Shown in pieces: positions 12,711-26,930 of a stretch of 64,000 bases of DNA (positions are counted from its first letter, which is position 1; each line of letters begins with the position of its first letter). The notes beneath the pieces are model-generated. The model ran no database searches. It saw only the letters and a list, made by a program, of their open reading frames with translations, and was not told the DNA's origin. The DNA comes from the human T2T-CHM13v2.0 reference genome, Homo sapiens, in NCBI RefSeq assembly GCF_009914755.1, contig NC_060926.1. One strand, given 5' to 3'. Position numbers and translations under genes: made by a program.

Positions 12711-14336
12711 CTCATTTGCCATTATACATGCCATGGTCAGATCCTCTCACAGTACAAGGTGATCTCTGGTGCCCCCACAGCCAAAGAGGTCAGGTCACCC
12801 AATACAGGAAAACAGAGCTTTAGACCTAAGAAGAATCTGCCCATGACTCTTGAAACTCTGCAAAGAAAACAGAACACCCCAACTGCGGTGAGTGGCACCT
12901 TTGTTCTGAATTCTTTAAAGGGGTTCAACTCATTATAAACCTCTAGACTGTTTTTGGTACTGCAGATGGCAAAGGGGGAAGAAGGAGGTATAGGGTGGAA
13001 GAGAAGTAAATGAAAGAACATTTGTTTGTTTTTTTAAGACAGGAAGCAAACAGAAACCAAGTGCATAGTTTTTTGTTTGTTTGTTTATTTTTCCCTCTTT
13101 TGCAGCTGCGAGGAATTTTAGCGAAATTAGAAAGGGTTTGTTACCCATAATTTGGAATTCTTGCTTGGATTTGATCAAGTCAGGTAGAGTTGGTCAAATC
13201 TGTTGGGAGAAAGACTGCAAAAAACAACAACAATAAAAACCCTAACAATATGATCACCGAGTGCTCTAATGGTAAGGAGAGATTAAGACCAACTAGTTAT
13301 TAAGCTTTAGACAAGAGAAAACCCCAATTCAACTACTTACCTAGGGATGGGTCTCAGGCTAAAGACTGCTTTCTACCGCTCTAGAAGCAGGAGGAAAAAA
13401 ACAACAAAAAATGTTAAACTCATATTCCCTGCTGGGAGTGAGCTCAAACTCCATAAAGGAGTTACCTGCCTTCCATCGTCATGGAAACAGGAAATCTTGC
13501 ATTCCTTGTTGGAATCAAGTAAAACTCCAAAAAACAAAAAGGTGGGGGGAGTTCTACAGCAAAATAAACTTTAGATTTTGACCAGATTTGGGGAGATCAG
13601 GGATTCTCTGGAGGGTGTACTCCCAGACCTCAGCAAATTGTCCTGTTGGTTTGAGCCATAAAATTAGCTCATGCTGGTACTAAGCACTGATAGATTTGTC
13701 AAAGGTCAGGGGTACCTCTACTCAGAATCCCTCTGTGGTTACCAAAATGTCAACCCTGAAAATCTGAGACAGGTTTCAGGTAATTTAGAAAGTTTATTTT
13801 GCCAAAGTTGAGGACACGTGCCTGTGACACACCTCAGGAGGTCCTGACGACATGTGCCCAAGGTGGTCAGAGCACAGTTTGGTTTTGTACGTTTTAGGGA
13901 GACATGAGGTGTTAATCAATATATGCAAGATGAACATTGGTTTGGTCTGGAAAGGTGGGACAACTCAAGCAAAGGCGGGAAGACTTGAAGCTGGAAGGGA
14001 GCTTCCAGGTCATAAGTATATAAGAGACAAATGGTTGCATTCTTTTGAGCATCTGATTAGCCTTTCCAAAGGAGGCAATCAGATATGCATTTATCACAGT
14101 GAGCAGAGGGGTGACTTTGAATAGAATGGGAGACAGGTTTGCCCTAAGCAGTTCCCACCTTGATTGATTTTGGGGCCTCAAGTTTTATTTTCCTTTCACA
14201 GTTTTATGTCTGGCTTTGGGGAAAAGGGAAAAGGAAAGTGGTTGTTGTTTCTGTGACCTGCTTTGGGGAGGAGGGATTCTAGTTTCTATGGCTATCCTCA
14301 GGAGCATGAGAGGCCAGAGTCAGGAGGGCAGAATAA

Positions 14337-14684
<348 letters not shown>

Positions 14685-15368
14685 AGCTCCTGAGGATGTT
14701 TCTGAGGCTTTTATTTTGGGGTATCCTGAGCCCTAACAGTTTCATGCCCTACTTTTTAAACAAGTAAACCTGTAGGGATTTAAATGATTTTGGTGGATTT
14801 GCTCTTTAAAATTAAAGGCCTTTAACTTTAAAGGTAGAAGGTAAAGAAGAAGGTAAAGTACCTGAAAGCCAGAACTGGTTTAAACCAAAAACAGCATTTA
14901 TTGCTCACTCTGCCTTCGGTTCTACCTTGATTAGGTAGTAGAAGGGAAAATGTTTATGCTTCTACTATGTAAGCACCATAAAACCTGAAAACCACATTTT
15001 GTGAAATAATAAAACTACATTTTCAGGTTTTATTGTAAAATGAAGGGAAAACAGAAGTACCAGTAGCCTGCCAAGTGCCACTGTCCCTAATCATGAGACG
15101 TTTAGAGGTACCAGCTGTGGGGTTTGCTTCTTGCCTTTCTTCAGAATCACAAGCTAATCATTAGCTTTCCTGCTCCTTGCACTTTCCAGAACTCTGGCCA
15201 GAAGAGGCAGGCAGGGGTGTTTACTCTACACGCTCCGGAGACCCTTTTGCTTCCCTGTTAGAAGCTTCTGGTGTCTAGCAGATGCAGATCTCAGTGGAGC
15301 ACCAGAGGCTGCATATGCTCACTGAGCCAGTAGTGGGTCAAAACCCTTATGCTGTTTGTGGAACTCCA

Positions 15369-15838
15369 TGCATCAGTTTGCCAAGGCTGCCATAACAAGG
15401 TTCCACAGACTGAATAGCTTAAAAAAAAAAAAACAGAAATGTGTTGTCTCAGAGTTCTGGAGGCTAGAAGTCTGAGATGAAGGTGTTGGCAGAATTGGTT
15501 CTCTGAGACTGTGAAGGAGAATCTGTCCTGTGCCTTCCTCCTAACTCTCTCGGTGGGTTGCTGATATCCTTTGGTGTTCCTTGGCTTGTAGGCCCATCCC
15601 CTGATCTCTGCCTGCATGTTCACATGTTGTTCTCCCTGTGGGCCTGTTTGTTTCTGTGTCAAAATTTCCGCTTTTAATAAGGACATCAGTCATACTGATT
15701 TAGAGCTTACTCTAATGGCCTCATTTGAATTTGATTACCTCTCTAAAGACACTGTCTCCATAAAACATCACATTCTGAAGTACTGAGGCTTAGAACTCCA
15801 ATAGATCTTTTTTGTGGGGAACACAATTCAACCTAACA
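15369..15838 (-). mobile_element. MLT1 (MaLR) solo LTR
   Basis: 'ggctgccataacaa...gttctggaggctagaagtctgagat...acacaattcaacctaaca' hallmark motifs. Confidence 0.8.
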
Positions 15839-16353
15839 TTCAGGAAGGATGAGGCTCACACCATTTGTAATCAGGACTTCTCTGTAGAGCTGCTGGACCA
15901 CTCCTGCGGGGAGGCAAGTCACAGGTTGGGAGAAGGGAGAGTTGGAGAACTTGCTGATGGGAACAGGCTTAAAGTGTTCTCTCCTAGTGGGATCTTGAAG
16001 TCATTGTACAGGGGCCCAGACTTCAGTTGACCATTTTAACAAACCGGCAGAATTCCTGAGCCTCGTGTTGTGAATTGGGGCACAGAACTGTTTTAAAGGG
16101 AGTACAGATGCTCCCCTTGTGTTGTTGCTTATTGTCTGTTGGGGAAGATGGGAGAGTCTCAGGGCTTGCAGAAGTTGAGGGTGGAGTATGGGGGTATGCA
16201 GGGGAATCACAGTGGGCCCCCCAGCTGCAGAAACAGACAGTGCTCACCGACCAGGCCCTTCTCATGTGCCAGGCTTTGGTCAGGTACTGGGGTGGGCGGC
16301 TGGTGGTTGTGGTGAGGAGGCATAGCTCAGTTGGTTGTCGTGATCATTTAAGG

Positions 16354-16556
16354 CAAGCTTGTCCAACTCGTGGCCCAAGATGGCTTTAAATGTGGTCCAA
16401 CACAAATTCATAAACTTTCTTAAAACATTGAGTTTTTTTGTGATTTTTTTTTTTTAAGCTCACCAGCTATTGATAGTGTTAGTGCATTTTATGTGTGGCC
16501 CAAGACAATTCTTCTTCCAGTGTGACCCAGGGAAACCAAAAGGCTGGACACCCCTG
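16354..16556. mobile_element. MER30 hAT-Charlie DNA transposon (MITE)
   Basis: Imperfect TIRs caagcttgtcca / tggacacccctg; perfect 8-bp TSD ATTTAAGG at 16346-16353 and 16557-16564. Confidence 0.88.
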
Positions 16557-16817
16557 ATTTAAGGTATATTCATTTGTATAAGAATAGAGAGGCCCTTGTG
16601 CATGGAGAATGTGTGTTACTATCTTCAGTGTCTGGTGTGGTGCCTGGCACTCCACAAATATTCAAAGAATTAATGCTACATTCATGTATGCAATATTTTA
16701 TAAGTATATGGTAGAGAAGAAGTAGAGATAATGTGCCTTTTAGGGGAAGGAGAGCCAACTCCTTGTCCAGGACATGACAGCTATTTTTAAAACGTCCTTA
16801 TCAGTTAGCAGTGTGGG

Positions 16818-17128
<311 letters not shown>

Positions 17129-17150
17129 TAATGATTGGTTTAATATCTCT

Positions 17151-17210
17151 TGTGTGCGTGCGTGTGTGTGTGTGCGCGCGCATGTGTGCGCGTGCATGTG
17201 TGCGCATGCG
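17151..17210. repeat. 60-bp perfect alternating pyrimidine-purine tract (TG/CG/CA)
   Basis: Uninterrupted YR alternation including cgcgcg. Confidence 0.9.
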
Positions 17211-17479
17211 AGAGAGAGGAGCATGCCAGTCTGCAGCCTTACCCCTGCCCTCCCTCTGCAGCGTTCTCTGTAAACTAATCTCAGAAGTGTCATATCATCA
17301 CCTCCGCTTTGTGCCATTGGTCACTCACACAGACTAACTCTGGGACAATGGGAAGGGATGATCCAAAGGGATGAATGTCAGGAGGTGAGGATTATTGGGG
17401 CCCTCTTTGAGGCCACTTTCCAATGTTTTTGTAGTCTCAGATCTGAAGTTAGGATGGTTTCTCTAATACTACTTTTACT

Positions 17480-17822
17480 TTTTTAAACTTTAAAGTTCAG
17501 GGGTACATGTGCAGGTTTGTTATGTAGGTAAACATGTCATGGGGGTTTGCTGTACAGATTATTTTGTCACCCAGGTGTTAAGCCTAGTACCCATTAGTTA
17601 TTTTCCCTGATCGTCTCCTTCCTCCCACCCTCCACCCTCTATCCTTCAGTCAGCCCCAGTGTGTATTGTTGCCCTCTGTTAGCTCCCACTTACAAGTGAG
17701 AACATGTGGTATTTGGTTTTCTGTTCCTGCGCTAGTTTGCTAAGGATAATGGCCTCTGGCTCCATCCATGTTCCTGAAAAGGACGTGATCTCTCTCTCTT
17801 TTTGTTTTTAACGGCTGCATAG
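17480..17822 (-). mobile_element. L1 3'-end fragment (old L1PA)
   Basis: 'gttcaggggtacatgtgcaggtttgtta...gtgagaacatgtggtatttggttttctg'. Confidence 0.85.
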
Positions 17823-19354
17823 TTCTGATAGTACTTTTGGAGAAATCTAAGAATTAAGAAATAATCTAGCAATACTATTTTTGCTGTTTTCCTTTTCAGC
17901 ATATATTTCTCTTTGATAAGTTCAAAATCATAAGGTTTTTTTTGAACTTGCTTATTCAGCCAGCATTTTATTTTAGCTTTTTATTATGGCAAATTTCAAA
18001 GTTCAGAAAGGAGAGAGAACAATAAAATGAACTTCCATGTACTCAGCATCCAGTTTCAATAATTATCAGTTCACAGCCAATCCTATTTCATCCATACCTA
18101 AATATCCCCCTGAATCTTGTTATTTAGAAACAAATTCCAGGCATAATATCATTTCATTGTATATATTTCATATGTCTCTCTGGAAAATGGGGAGTCTTTT
18201 AAACATCACAACAATACTAAAAAGAGCAATAATTTCTAATAACATCAATAATTTTTAATAACATCAAATCTGGGGTTCAAAGTTTTTTTATTGTCTTATC
18301 CTTTAAAAGTATATTTTTTAGTTTGTTTGAATCAGGATCCAACATTACAATTTTCAAGATCTTTACGTTTTAGCCTTAGAGTCTTACGATTTTAGATTAG
18401 AAGGTTGGCCTCGGTCATTTCATCTGTCCCTACCTTTTTATAGATGAGAAAAATTGCCAAGGGTCACAGGGCTGGCTCATTTAAGATTAGAACCTGGACC
18501 TTCTGATTCTTAATCTCAGGTGCTTTTTGTTTTTAGCAGAAAACGTTGTGAAGGCTTGTCTTTACAAAAAAGTTTTCCATCCTTTGGTTTCTGTGCATTA
18601 TAAGCAATGACATGAACATAAACTCACATCACTGGGACTTGGGCATTCAAACATGAAGGTTTGAGGTATCTTTATTCCAGCTACGAATCCTGCTCAGAGC
18701 CAAAATTTGATGGCTGTAACCACTGTTCTCCCTTTTGTCACCTTTTTAAGAAGGTTAGCTCTGAAGCTTGACTATAACGTCAGTGGTGCTGACTTTCTCA
18801 CAAACATCCTAAATCTCTCCCAGTCTAGTGTGCTAAATTTGCTGACTTCCTCCCTTAGTCTTTCTGAATTCTGGCATTTTTAAGTGTATATATTCTTTTC
18901 CTCATATTTACTTAACAGTGTGGGCTGGAAACCACTCCGTGTCCATTCATAATGATCTTCCTCAGTCTGTTTTTATACCATTGGATTGTTTTAAAACCTT
19001 TGTAGTAAGTTGTGGATTTGGTTCTATGTTAGGAATTTTTTGTCGCACTTGTTTTGCCAGAAGCTTTAGGATGCCGTGGCATTCTCTTTCATCACAAGTC
19101 ACTGACGAGGAGCTCTTAGCTTCGCATTGGAACAGGGTCTTTGCTGTGCTGTTTGCCTTTTCCCAGCTCCCAGGTTGAATCAGCAGTTAGTTTTGCCATT
19201 CATGGGGCTAGATCTCCTACCTCATGGTGGGCCATGCTGGGCTTTGGGAGAGAGCCTGGGTAGGACTTGGGACACTTAAATCCAGAAGAATTCTGAGAAT
19301 CCTTGTCATGAACTCAAGTAAATGATCGTGGTTGCTCTTCCCTGTCCTCCGCAG

Positions 19355-19414
19355 GCCCGCCAGCTCATCCTGCAGTATGGCTTGACCCTCAGTGATCTGG
19401 ATCGACACCCAGAG
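19355..19414 (+). CDS. RPIA: Ribose-5-phosphate isomerase A, exon 4 ([20 protein letters not shown])
   Basis: ccgcag|GCC...GAG|gtaaga; 60 nt, phase 0-0; peptide matches human RPIA as recalled. Confidence 0.97.
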
Positions 19415-19879
19415 GTAAGATTGCCACTCAGAGGCAGACCACTGCGTATTTCTTTCCGCTTTTTTATGGCTGTCACTTGTTCATGGGCTCCAGATATCTT
19501 GTAAAATCTAGGGAAGATGTCAGTTAGTTGTACCAAGTTTTCTCCTGGGACCTTGAGTATTAATTTTGGCTGAGGTCACAAGTGCCGAGGTGGTTCCTTT
19601 CCACCACATTCCTTGTGGTTTAACCGCAAGGGCTCAGTGTGAATGTAGTGAAGGGAAGTGGGCAAGCCCAGGGCTATATCCAGGGCTTCCTGAGGTCTTT
19701 GTGCAGAGGTATAAGAGTGAGCCAGCTCATGGAGCTTGCCACTAAGTGGAAATAAGGAAGAATCATCTGAGGCAGCCATGGACATTTGAAAATATTAAAA
19801 CTAAGTTTTGTGGTAAAGACTAACACAGGGGCAGTCCAGAGGAGACTGATGTTGGTGAGGGTGAGCAACATCACAAACC

Positions 19880-20400
19880 CTACCTGGCATTTTCTGAGCC
19901 ATTATTATGTACCAGCTTTTGTGCTAAGTGCTGTACCTGTATTAAACTGTTTTATTTCCAGTATTCTTGAAGATAGGATACCACAATTTTCCCATTTTAT
20001 AGATGTGAAAAAGGCACAGAGAGGGTAAGTCATATGGCTAATGCCACAGGTTTTAAGTGGCAGAATCAGAATTTGAACTCAGGCACATCTTTTCTAGACT
20101 AATGCTAGTTTGAGTTTTTTGGGAAGAGGTAAAGTTTGAATTGGGCTATAAAGGCCAGGTGGCAGGGGCAGGAGAGAACATTCCAGAGAGTGGTAGACGG
20201 GAACCACAGGAACAGCTCCATGTGGGCAAATGGACACTGCTCGGACTGGCTGGGGTGATAGGACAGAGTGAGTGTACTGCGTTGGTGCATAGTGGGGAGA
20301 GGGAAAGCAAAGCTGGATAGGAAAAGTGGGGTGGTTTTATGGCACCTGGAAAACCAGGCAGGTTGAGACTTGATGGTGATCTGGTAGCCCATGTTTCTGT
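19880..20400. mobile_element. Decayed MIR (about 19880-20090) and L2 (about 20110-20400) fragments
   Basis: MIR core 'cccattttatagatgtgaaaaaggcacagagagggtaagt...gaatttgaactcagg'; L2-like 'gagagaacattccag'. Confidence 0.6.
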
Positions 20401-21522
20401 CATACACATGGGCCTCACAGGGGTTAGTAAGAACTATGGGAAGGACTTGGGGATTTCTGTGGGCAGAGCCAGGGGCACAGGCTGATCATGTGTTCAGCAG
20501 CTGTGAAGAGAGTGGTTTGGGCTGAAGGTGGGCCTGGAGCCCAGACAGAAAAGGTTGCCACTTTCCATACCCCTGAGAATTGCCAGAGTGCAGCCTGGCT
20601 CTGGGGTTAATGCAGGCCTGGGGAGAGCAGTGCCTGCTGTAACTTCAGACAAAGGCTGGAATCTGTAAAAGGCTGGAAGCAAGCATGACCCATATGAAAC
20701 TGTATTTTTTATACCTGTGCCATGCCAGCCATGCCAAGCAACTTAGTAACTGCACCATGAATAGAATTTGTACCCTGCATACTACTTGCTGTCTTTAAAA
20801 ATATACTCGGGGTTCCTACAATGTCCATGCAGAGTACCATGAGTGATGAGAAATGTGTAACTTTCTTGATTTTGATTTTTAAAAGCTAGATGAACCCATT
20901 TGCCCCTCAACTGCTTTTGGGGCTTGTGGTGGAGCTTCCTAATAGAGGGAGCGGGCAAGCCCAGACAAGTGGGGTCTTAGTGGCAATGCCCCAGTAATTT
21001 CCAGTTCGGGAACTCATCAGCTTTCTTGTGTATCTCTTCATTTGATCCTCATGTCCACTTAAAATTGCCTGTGAGGTTGCTCACAGTTAGTACAGAGACT
21101 TCTGAATCAGTTTTTTTTTTTTGCATTTTTCCCACCCCCAGTGGAATTTAGTAGCACAGATATTACTGTATTGGCCCTTTGGTGGGACAAAACTCATTGT
21201 AATGTCTAAGATTTTTTATTCCCCCACCAAAAACTAATTTTTGCCTCTTGGGGGAGGTGATAGCACCCACACTGAGAACACGTGCTCTAAATAACGCCAG
21301 CTTGTCCACAGAGAAGCCCATCAATGAGAAAAGGGAACATAGTCTTGTGGGTAAGAACTGCATCCCGGTTAGAGTCCCAAGTCCTGTGCTGTTTCCCTTT
21401 GATCCTAGTGGAGCAGCTTAACCTCTTGTAGCTCAATTTCTTGATTTGCTAAATGGGAGTACTAGAATTAGCTAACAGGGCTGCTGAGTATCTGATGAGC
21501 TATCGCATGCTCAGGCAATTAG

Positions 21523-21639
<117 letters not shown>

Positions 21640-22604
21640 TGAGTGTTGTGGGGGCTTCTGTGCTAAAGAGTATCTGCCAGTTAATCCTTAGCAAAGCAAG
21701 ATGGATACAGAATAAACAAATTGCCACTGTGACATATGCAAGTTTGTCTTTCTCCTAGGATATTGATAGCATATGGCCTTAGACCCAACTCAGCATTTCT
21801 GGTCATTAGCAGCAATTTACTGACAAGGAACCTGGGCCTCTTTAGTGAGATCATTCATCGTAATGGATTCTCTGTGGATTTGTGTTCTTTTGTTGATTCA
21901 GACTTTAAAAACTTAAGGCCAAATCAAAATAATACTGGGCTAGATTGTTAGGTCTGTGGGCACCAGTGTGTGACTTTTGCTTTAAAGCTGTGCTTACTTC
22001 TGTGAGCAGTTAGGGATATTATTTGTTCCTTTGGAAAACATTAATTGGGTATTTCTTAAGTGCTGATTTGGGGAGTGGTGGGAATGGTGAGTTGAAAAAG
22101 GTGAAATCCTGTTCTGCTGGTTCTTATAATCAAGCAGACTATTGAGTGATGCAGCATTTGTTTAAAATCACACTTTACTGTTTATTAGATTTTCTTACGT
22201 GTTACTTAATCCTGTCAACTGCAGATGTGAGATAGTTTAGCTGCTAAACCCTAGAGGTAGACCTGGACCCAAATCTGCTGATTCAGTGCTCTGGGCTCTC
22301 TCCACTTCATCACCCTCATTGGCAAGTAGTCGACTGGGCGGGTTGTTCAAAGCGTGCCCTCCTCAGCTTCTAGACCCTCCCATTCATGCCATGTCCAGAT
22401 GACATCTCCCTGAACACAATGCTCCCTCTCAGACACATTTGGATGGAATTATGCCTGGCCTGAATGGGAACCTTGTCTGCTTTCTAGGTTTCTCCCAGAC
22501 AGGGGTAATGTTTCTAGAGTCCATTTACTAGGAGCAGCATGATGGGACTGGGGATGTCCCTTTAAAAATTAAAAGTTAAGTTTCTCTTTAAGTGCCAGGA
22601 TTGA

Positions 22605-22796
<192 letters not shown>

Positions 22797-23542
22797 TAGA
22801 TTGGATCCCCAAGCCGCATCCCCATTTTTGTGAAAGAGGAAATGGAGAGCTGCAGGGACTGTCTGACTTTCTGAGACTGATGGCTAGGACTTAGTACAGT
22901 GTCTAGGAGACCTTATGTTCTGCTTGTAGGCTGAAGGTAGATGTTGCTAATCACAGCACTGTTATCCGCAGCCAGGATCTCTAGCATCGTTTCATGTGTT
23001 CAGTGGAACGGGGAAACAGCTTGTCACCCTGTTAGCAGAGCATGCTCTCATGTGTCATGTCACTCACTGGATCCTCACAGGGAGCCTCAGAGGAGGCAGG
23101 GTGTGCCCTGCCCACGGGCAGTGACTCAGCATACCCTGCTTCTTCTCGGGTCAGGGTTTGCCGCAGGTGACTGGTGTCATTGATAGTCTTTGACCAGGCT
23201 CTCAGATGCTCCTTCAAGGAATGTAGTCAAAAGCACTTGTGCTGAGCATGTTAATTTCAAATATGTGTATGTGTATATTTACTTGTGAAATATAGCCACA
23301 GGACGAGCATAAATATTAAACACCTACATACCCACAAGCCAGCAATATCAGATTTTAACATTTTTGTCATATTTATTTCAAATAGCTCTTTTCCTATATA
23401 GTGAAACAGCTAATTCATTTGTAGCCCCATGTATATTGCCCTTGATCACTTTCCTTGCCTTCCCACCATCTCATTAACCCTGTTCCTGAATTTGGTGTTT
23501 GCCTGTACTGTTGAGCTTATTTACTTTTATTGTACTTTCTGA

Positions 23543-23824
<282 letters not shown>

Positions 23825-24998
23825 TGATGTATTTGTTTATTTTCGGAGAATTGGCCTGTTAGTTTCTGCATTCAAACTCGTGTAGACAAGACCACACTTA
23901 ATACAGTGCATCTCCTTTGTACAGATAGGGGAATGATTCTTTCTCTGTGCCTCAGGTTCTGACATCCCACAGGTGATCTGACCTTTGTGCCTGAGGCCTG
24001 GAACACCCTGATTGGCAGCTGTGAAACCCTGGCTTTGGGAACTGCTTGGAACAGAAAGTTTTTTAGGTTCCATGGTGTAACTTCTTTTCTCCCTCTTCTT
24101 TCCTCTCATTCTGTGGTTAAATGTGACAAGAAGTAGAATTTCTTGGGGTGTGTGAACTCTTCCCAAGGAATACTCTCCAGATGGTCCAAATTTTTCGTGT
24201 TTCTCTTTAGCTTCTAAAGTGGATTGCGCATAACTTTTCCCTCTTTTTATACTTAAGTAAACAAATAAGCAAAGACAGCAATCCAGAAGCTAACCACAGT
24301 TACATATGTAACTACGTAAACATTTTGGAGGATATCGAAAAGATCTGTCACCCTACCCTGATACATTTTTATTTTGATATATTTTGTCCCCACTGTTTCT
24401 GTGACTTTTAAAAAAAAACCGTAGTTCTGTTCCTAGTGGTTGTACAGTGCTCTGACTGACGTTCAGATTGTCGGCACATGAAAGAAATGTAGCACAAAAT
24501 GGAGAAGTCGTTCAACCTTGACCCTGTCAGAGTTCTTATTTGAAAGCCACATTGCTGCTAGTGTTCTTATTGTGTTTTGGATTCTGTTTCTTGCCCTTTT
24601 TCTTATTAGCCAAGTAGTAACTTAAGGAAGCAGATAAGAACAATGAATTTTGGACTAAAGGAAGTAAGAACAATGAACCAGAAATCAGATAGGAATGTGG
24701 TGATAATTGTGACATGGTCACATAGTCATAGTGGGAGCTCATGTGAGTAAAAATAGCTTGATACATTTGTTAAGAGGCTTGTATCCTCTCTCTCTCTCTC
24801 AAAAAAAAAAAAAGACTACAATCTAAGTCTTTCTGATTTCAAAGCTCCTGCTTATTACCACTTCACAGCACACCTAGAAAGCATAAGGTGGGAGCAGGTT
24901 AAAATGCATACTTGTCTTTGGTTATCCCCTCTACTTTCCTGTCCTTCTCTGCCTACCTGTATCTGCATCCTTGGTCACTGTGGAAAATTATCTTCTAG

Positions 24999-25145
<147 letters not shown>

Positions 25146-26644
25146 TAACTGGCCCCTACATCTGGCCACAGAAGGCACAATGGACATGGGCTTTGTAAGG
25201 CTTGGTTGGAAAGAAGAATTCCCTTTATACCATGTTTGGGTTTTTAACTTCACCTCCTTTGCCGTATTCCCTTCCCCCAACAATTGTTGCTTACCTAGCA
25301 GCTTTGTTGCTTGTGCATTTCACAGCCTGTTTGAGTTAAGATAGTCCTGAAGCTGATGGAAGTTCAGAGGGGACTTGCCTTGAAATAAGGCCATCGTCTC
25401 TGGGTAGAACCTTTCCTTCCAGGAGCTGGACTACAGCCTTTTTTTGTGGGTTCTCTTCTTAAGTAGCGGGGAAAATGACTCAGTTAATCCACATTCATTG
25501 GATGCATGCCAAAGGCAAGATGTTGTGCTGTGTGTTACAGGGGATACTTCGATCTGGAGGACTTGTAATCTGTCCTCAAGGAGAATTGATGTAAACCTGG
25601 GGAAATCTGTGTGTGTGTGTAGAAGCCATGCCTACAAATAAGATAGAATGTGCTCAATTCTACTAGAGGAATACCAAGAGTCTAGAGTGCACAAAAAGTT
25701 TCTTTTTGGGAGAATGTGAGGATGTTCTATGGTGTAGAGGTGGTTTTTCATCCATGCCTTGGCATAACATAAGTTAAACACGGTGCTAAACGTCTAAAAA
25801 TATTTCCTTTGATTCCCACTTTGATGAGGTAGTTACAGAGGAGGGCACTGGCTGAGAAAGGTTAAGCCATTTGCCCAAAGACAGCACCAAGATGGGCACC
25901 CTAAGTTGTCTGCCACTAGACCCTGAATGTTTAATGCTTACTTGCTGAAGCACCAGGCGAGGAGAGGCTGTGTGAAATGAACATTTAGAGCCTTGGGGAG
26001 CTTCTAATGCAGCTGTGCCAGGGAATGATGGAATAAGAGCCAGGATGGCCCTGCGTGAAGGATGGGTGGGCAGTGTAGAGATGAGTTATGAGGCTGGAGT
26101 CCTGGTTGAGGCTGGAGTCCTGGTCCAGGCTAGAGGAGGTATCAAGGGCTCGTACAGGGGGATTAAAAGGAGGAGGCAGTCTTGAGAGGTATCAGCTTCT
26201 TAGGATATTGCGAGACTAAGAGGCTAACGGAATATTCCCTATCATGGAGTATTCTTGGGCCAGAACTGGCTGACAGGACCTTTCAGGCCAGTTTAATGGA
26301 GCAGACTATTCTGGATAAGGATCCTAACCCAGCTGTGCTCTGGCGTGTTACCTTTTAGCAGTTAGTTAACATCTCTGTGCCCGAGTTTCTTCCTATGTAG
26401 AAGGGGCTAGTTAATTCTAGTGCCTACCTTATAAGGTTGTTGGGTGGATTAAATGAGTTAAAACCGTGCCCATTGCAGAAGGGAAAGTGTTTGTTGAATG
26501 AATAAATCCCTTGAAAGAAAGGTACTATTGTTATTTTTAATTAAATATACTAAGATTCTAAGATACACCTGTGCTAGTTGGGATTTAAAATAGTGTGAAT
26601 ATAAGCTGTGTAATGAAAAGCTAGTTCTTCCAGTTCTACTTTAT

Positions 26645-26930
26645 TTATTAATTTTTTGAGATAGGGTCTCGCTCTGTCACCCAGAGTGGAGTGTAGTGGT
26701 GTGATCATGGTTTACTGCAGCATTGACCTCCTGGGCTTAAACAGTTCTCCCATTTCAGCGTCCCCAGTAGATGGGACTGCAGACACACACCACCAGGACC
26801 GGCTAAGTTTTGAATTTTTTATAGAAACGGGGTTTCACGATGTTGTCCAGGCTGGTCTTGAACTGGGCTCAAAGTCTCCCTTGGCCTCCCAAAGTGCCAG
26901 GATCACAGGTGTGAACCGCTGTGCCTGGCC
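26645..26930 (-). mobile_element. AluJ SINE
   Basis: Diverged dimer; TSD-like ccagttctacttta / ccaattctacttta. Confidence 0.85.

Larger units (their letters stand above)
7289..14200 (-). mobile_element. Complete two-LTR MER4A1 / MER4-int provirus (non-coding ERV1)
   Basis: LTRs 7289-7742 (3') and 13748-14200 (5'), about 36 differences in 454 nt by manual count; PPT at 7743-7758; PBS at 13725-13744; flanks attt/gttt (4-bp TSD, 1 mismatch). Confidence 0.9.

Noticed and set aside
6956-14181. Similar ORFs at 7457..7723 and 13912..14181 suggesting a duplicated small gene
   Set aside because: They are the two LTRs of the MER4A1 provirus; no gag/pol/env ORF survives inside.
24620-24680. Short repeated aaggaag...taagaacaatgaa motif in intron 7
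   Set aside because: Two imperfect copies only; no structure or box motifs supporting an ncRNA.
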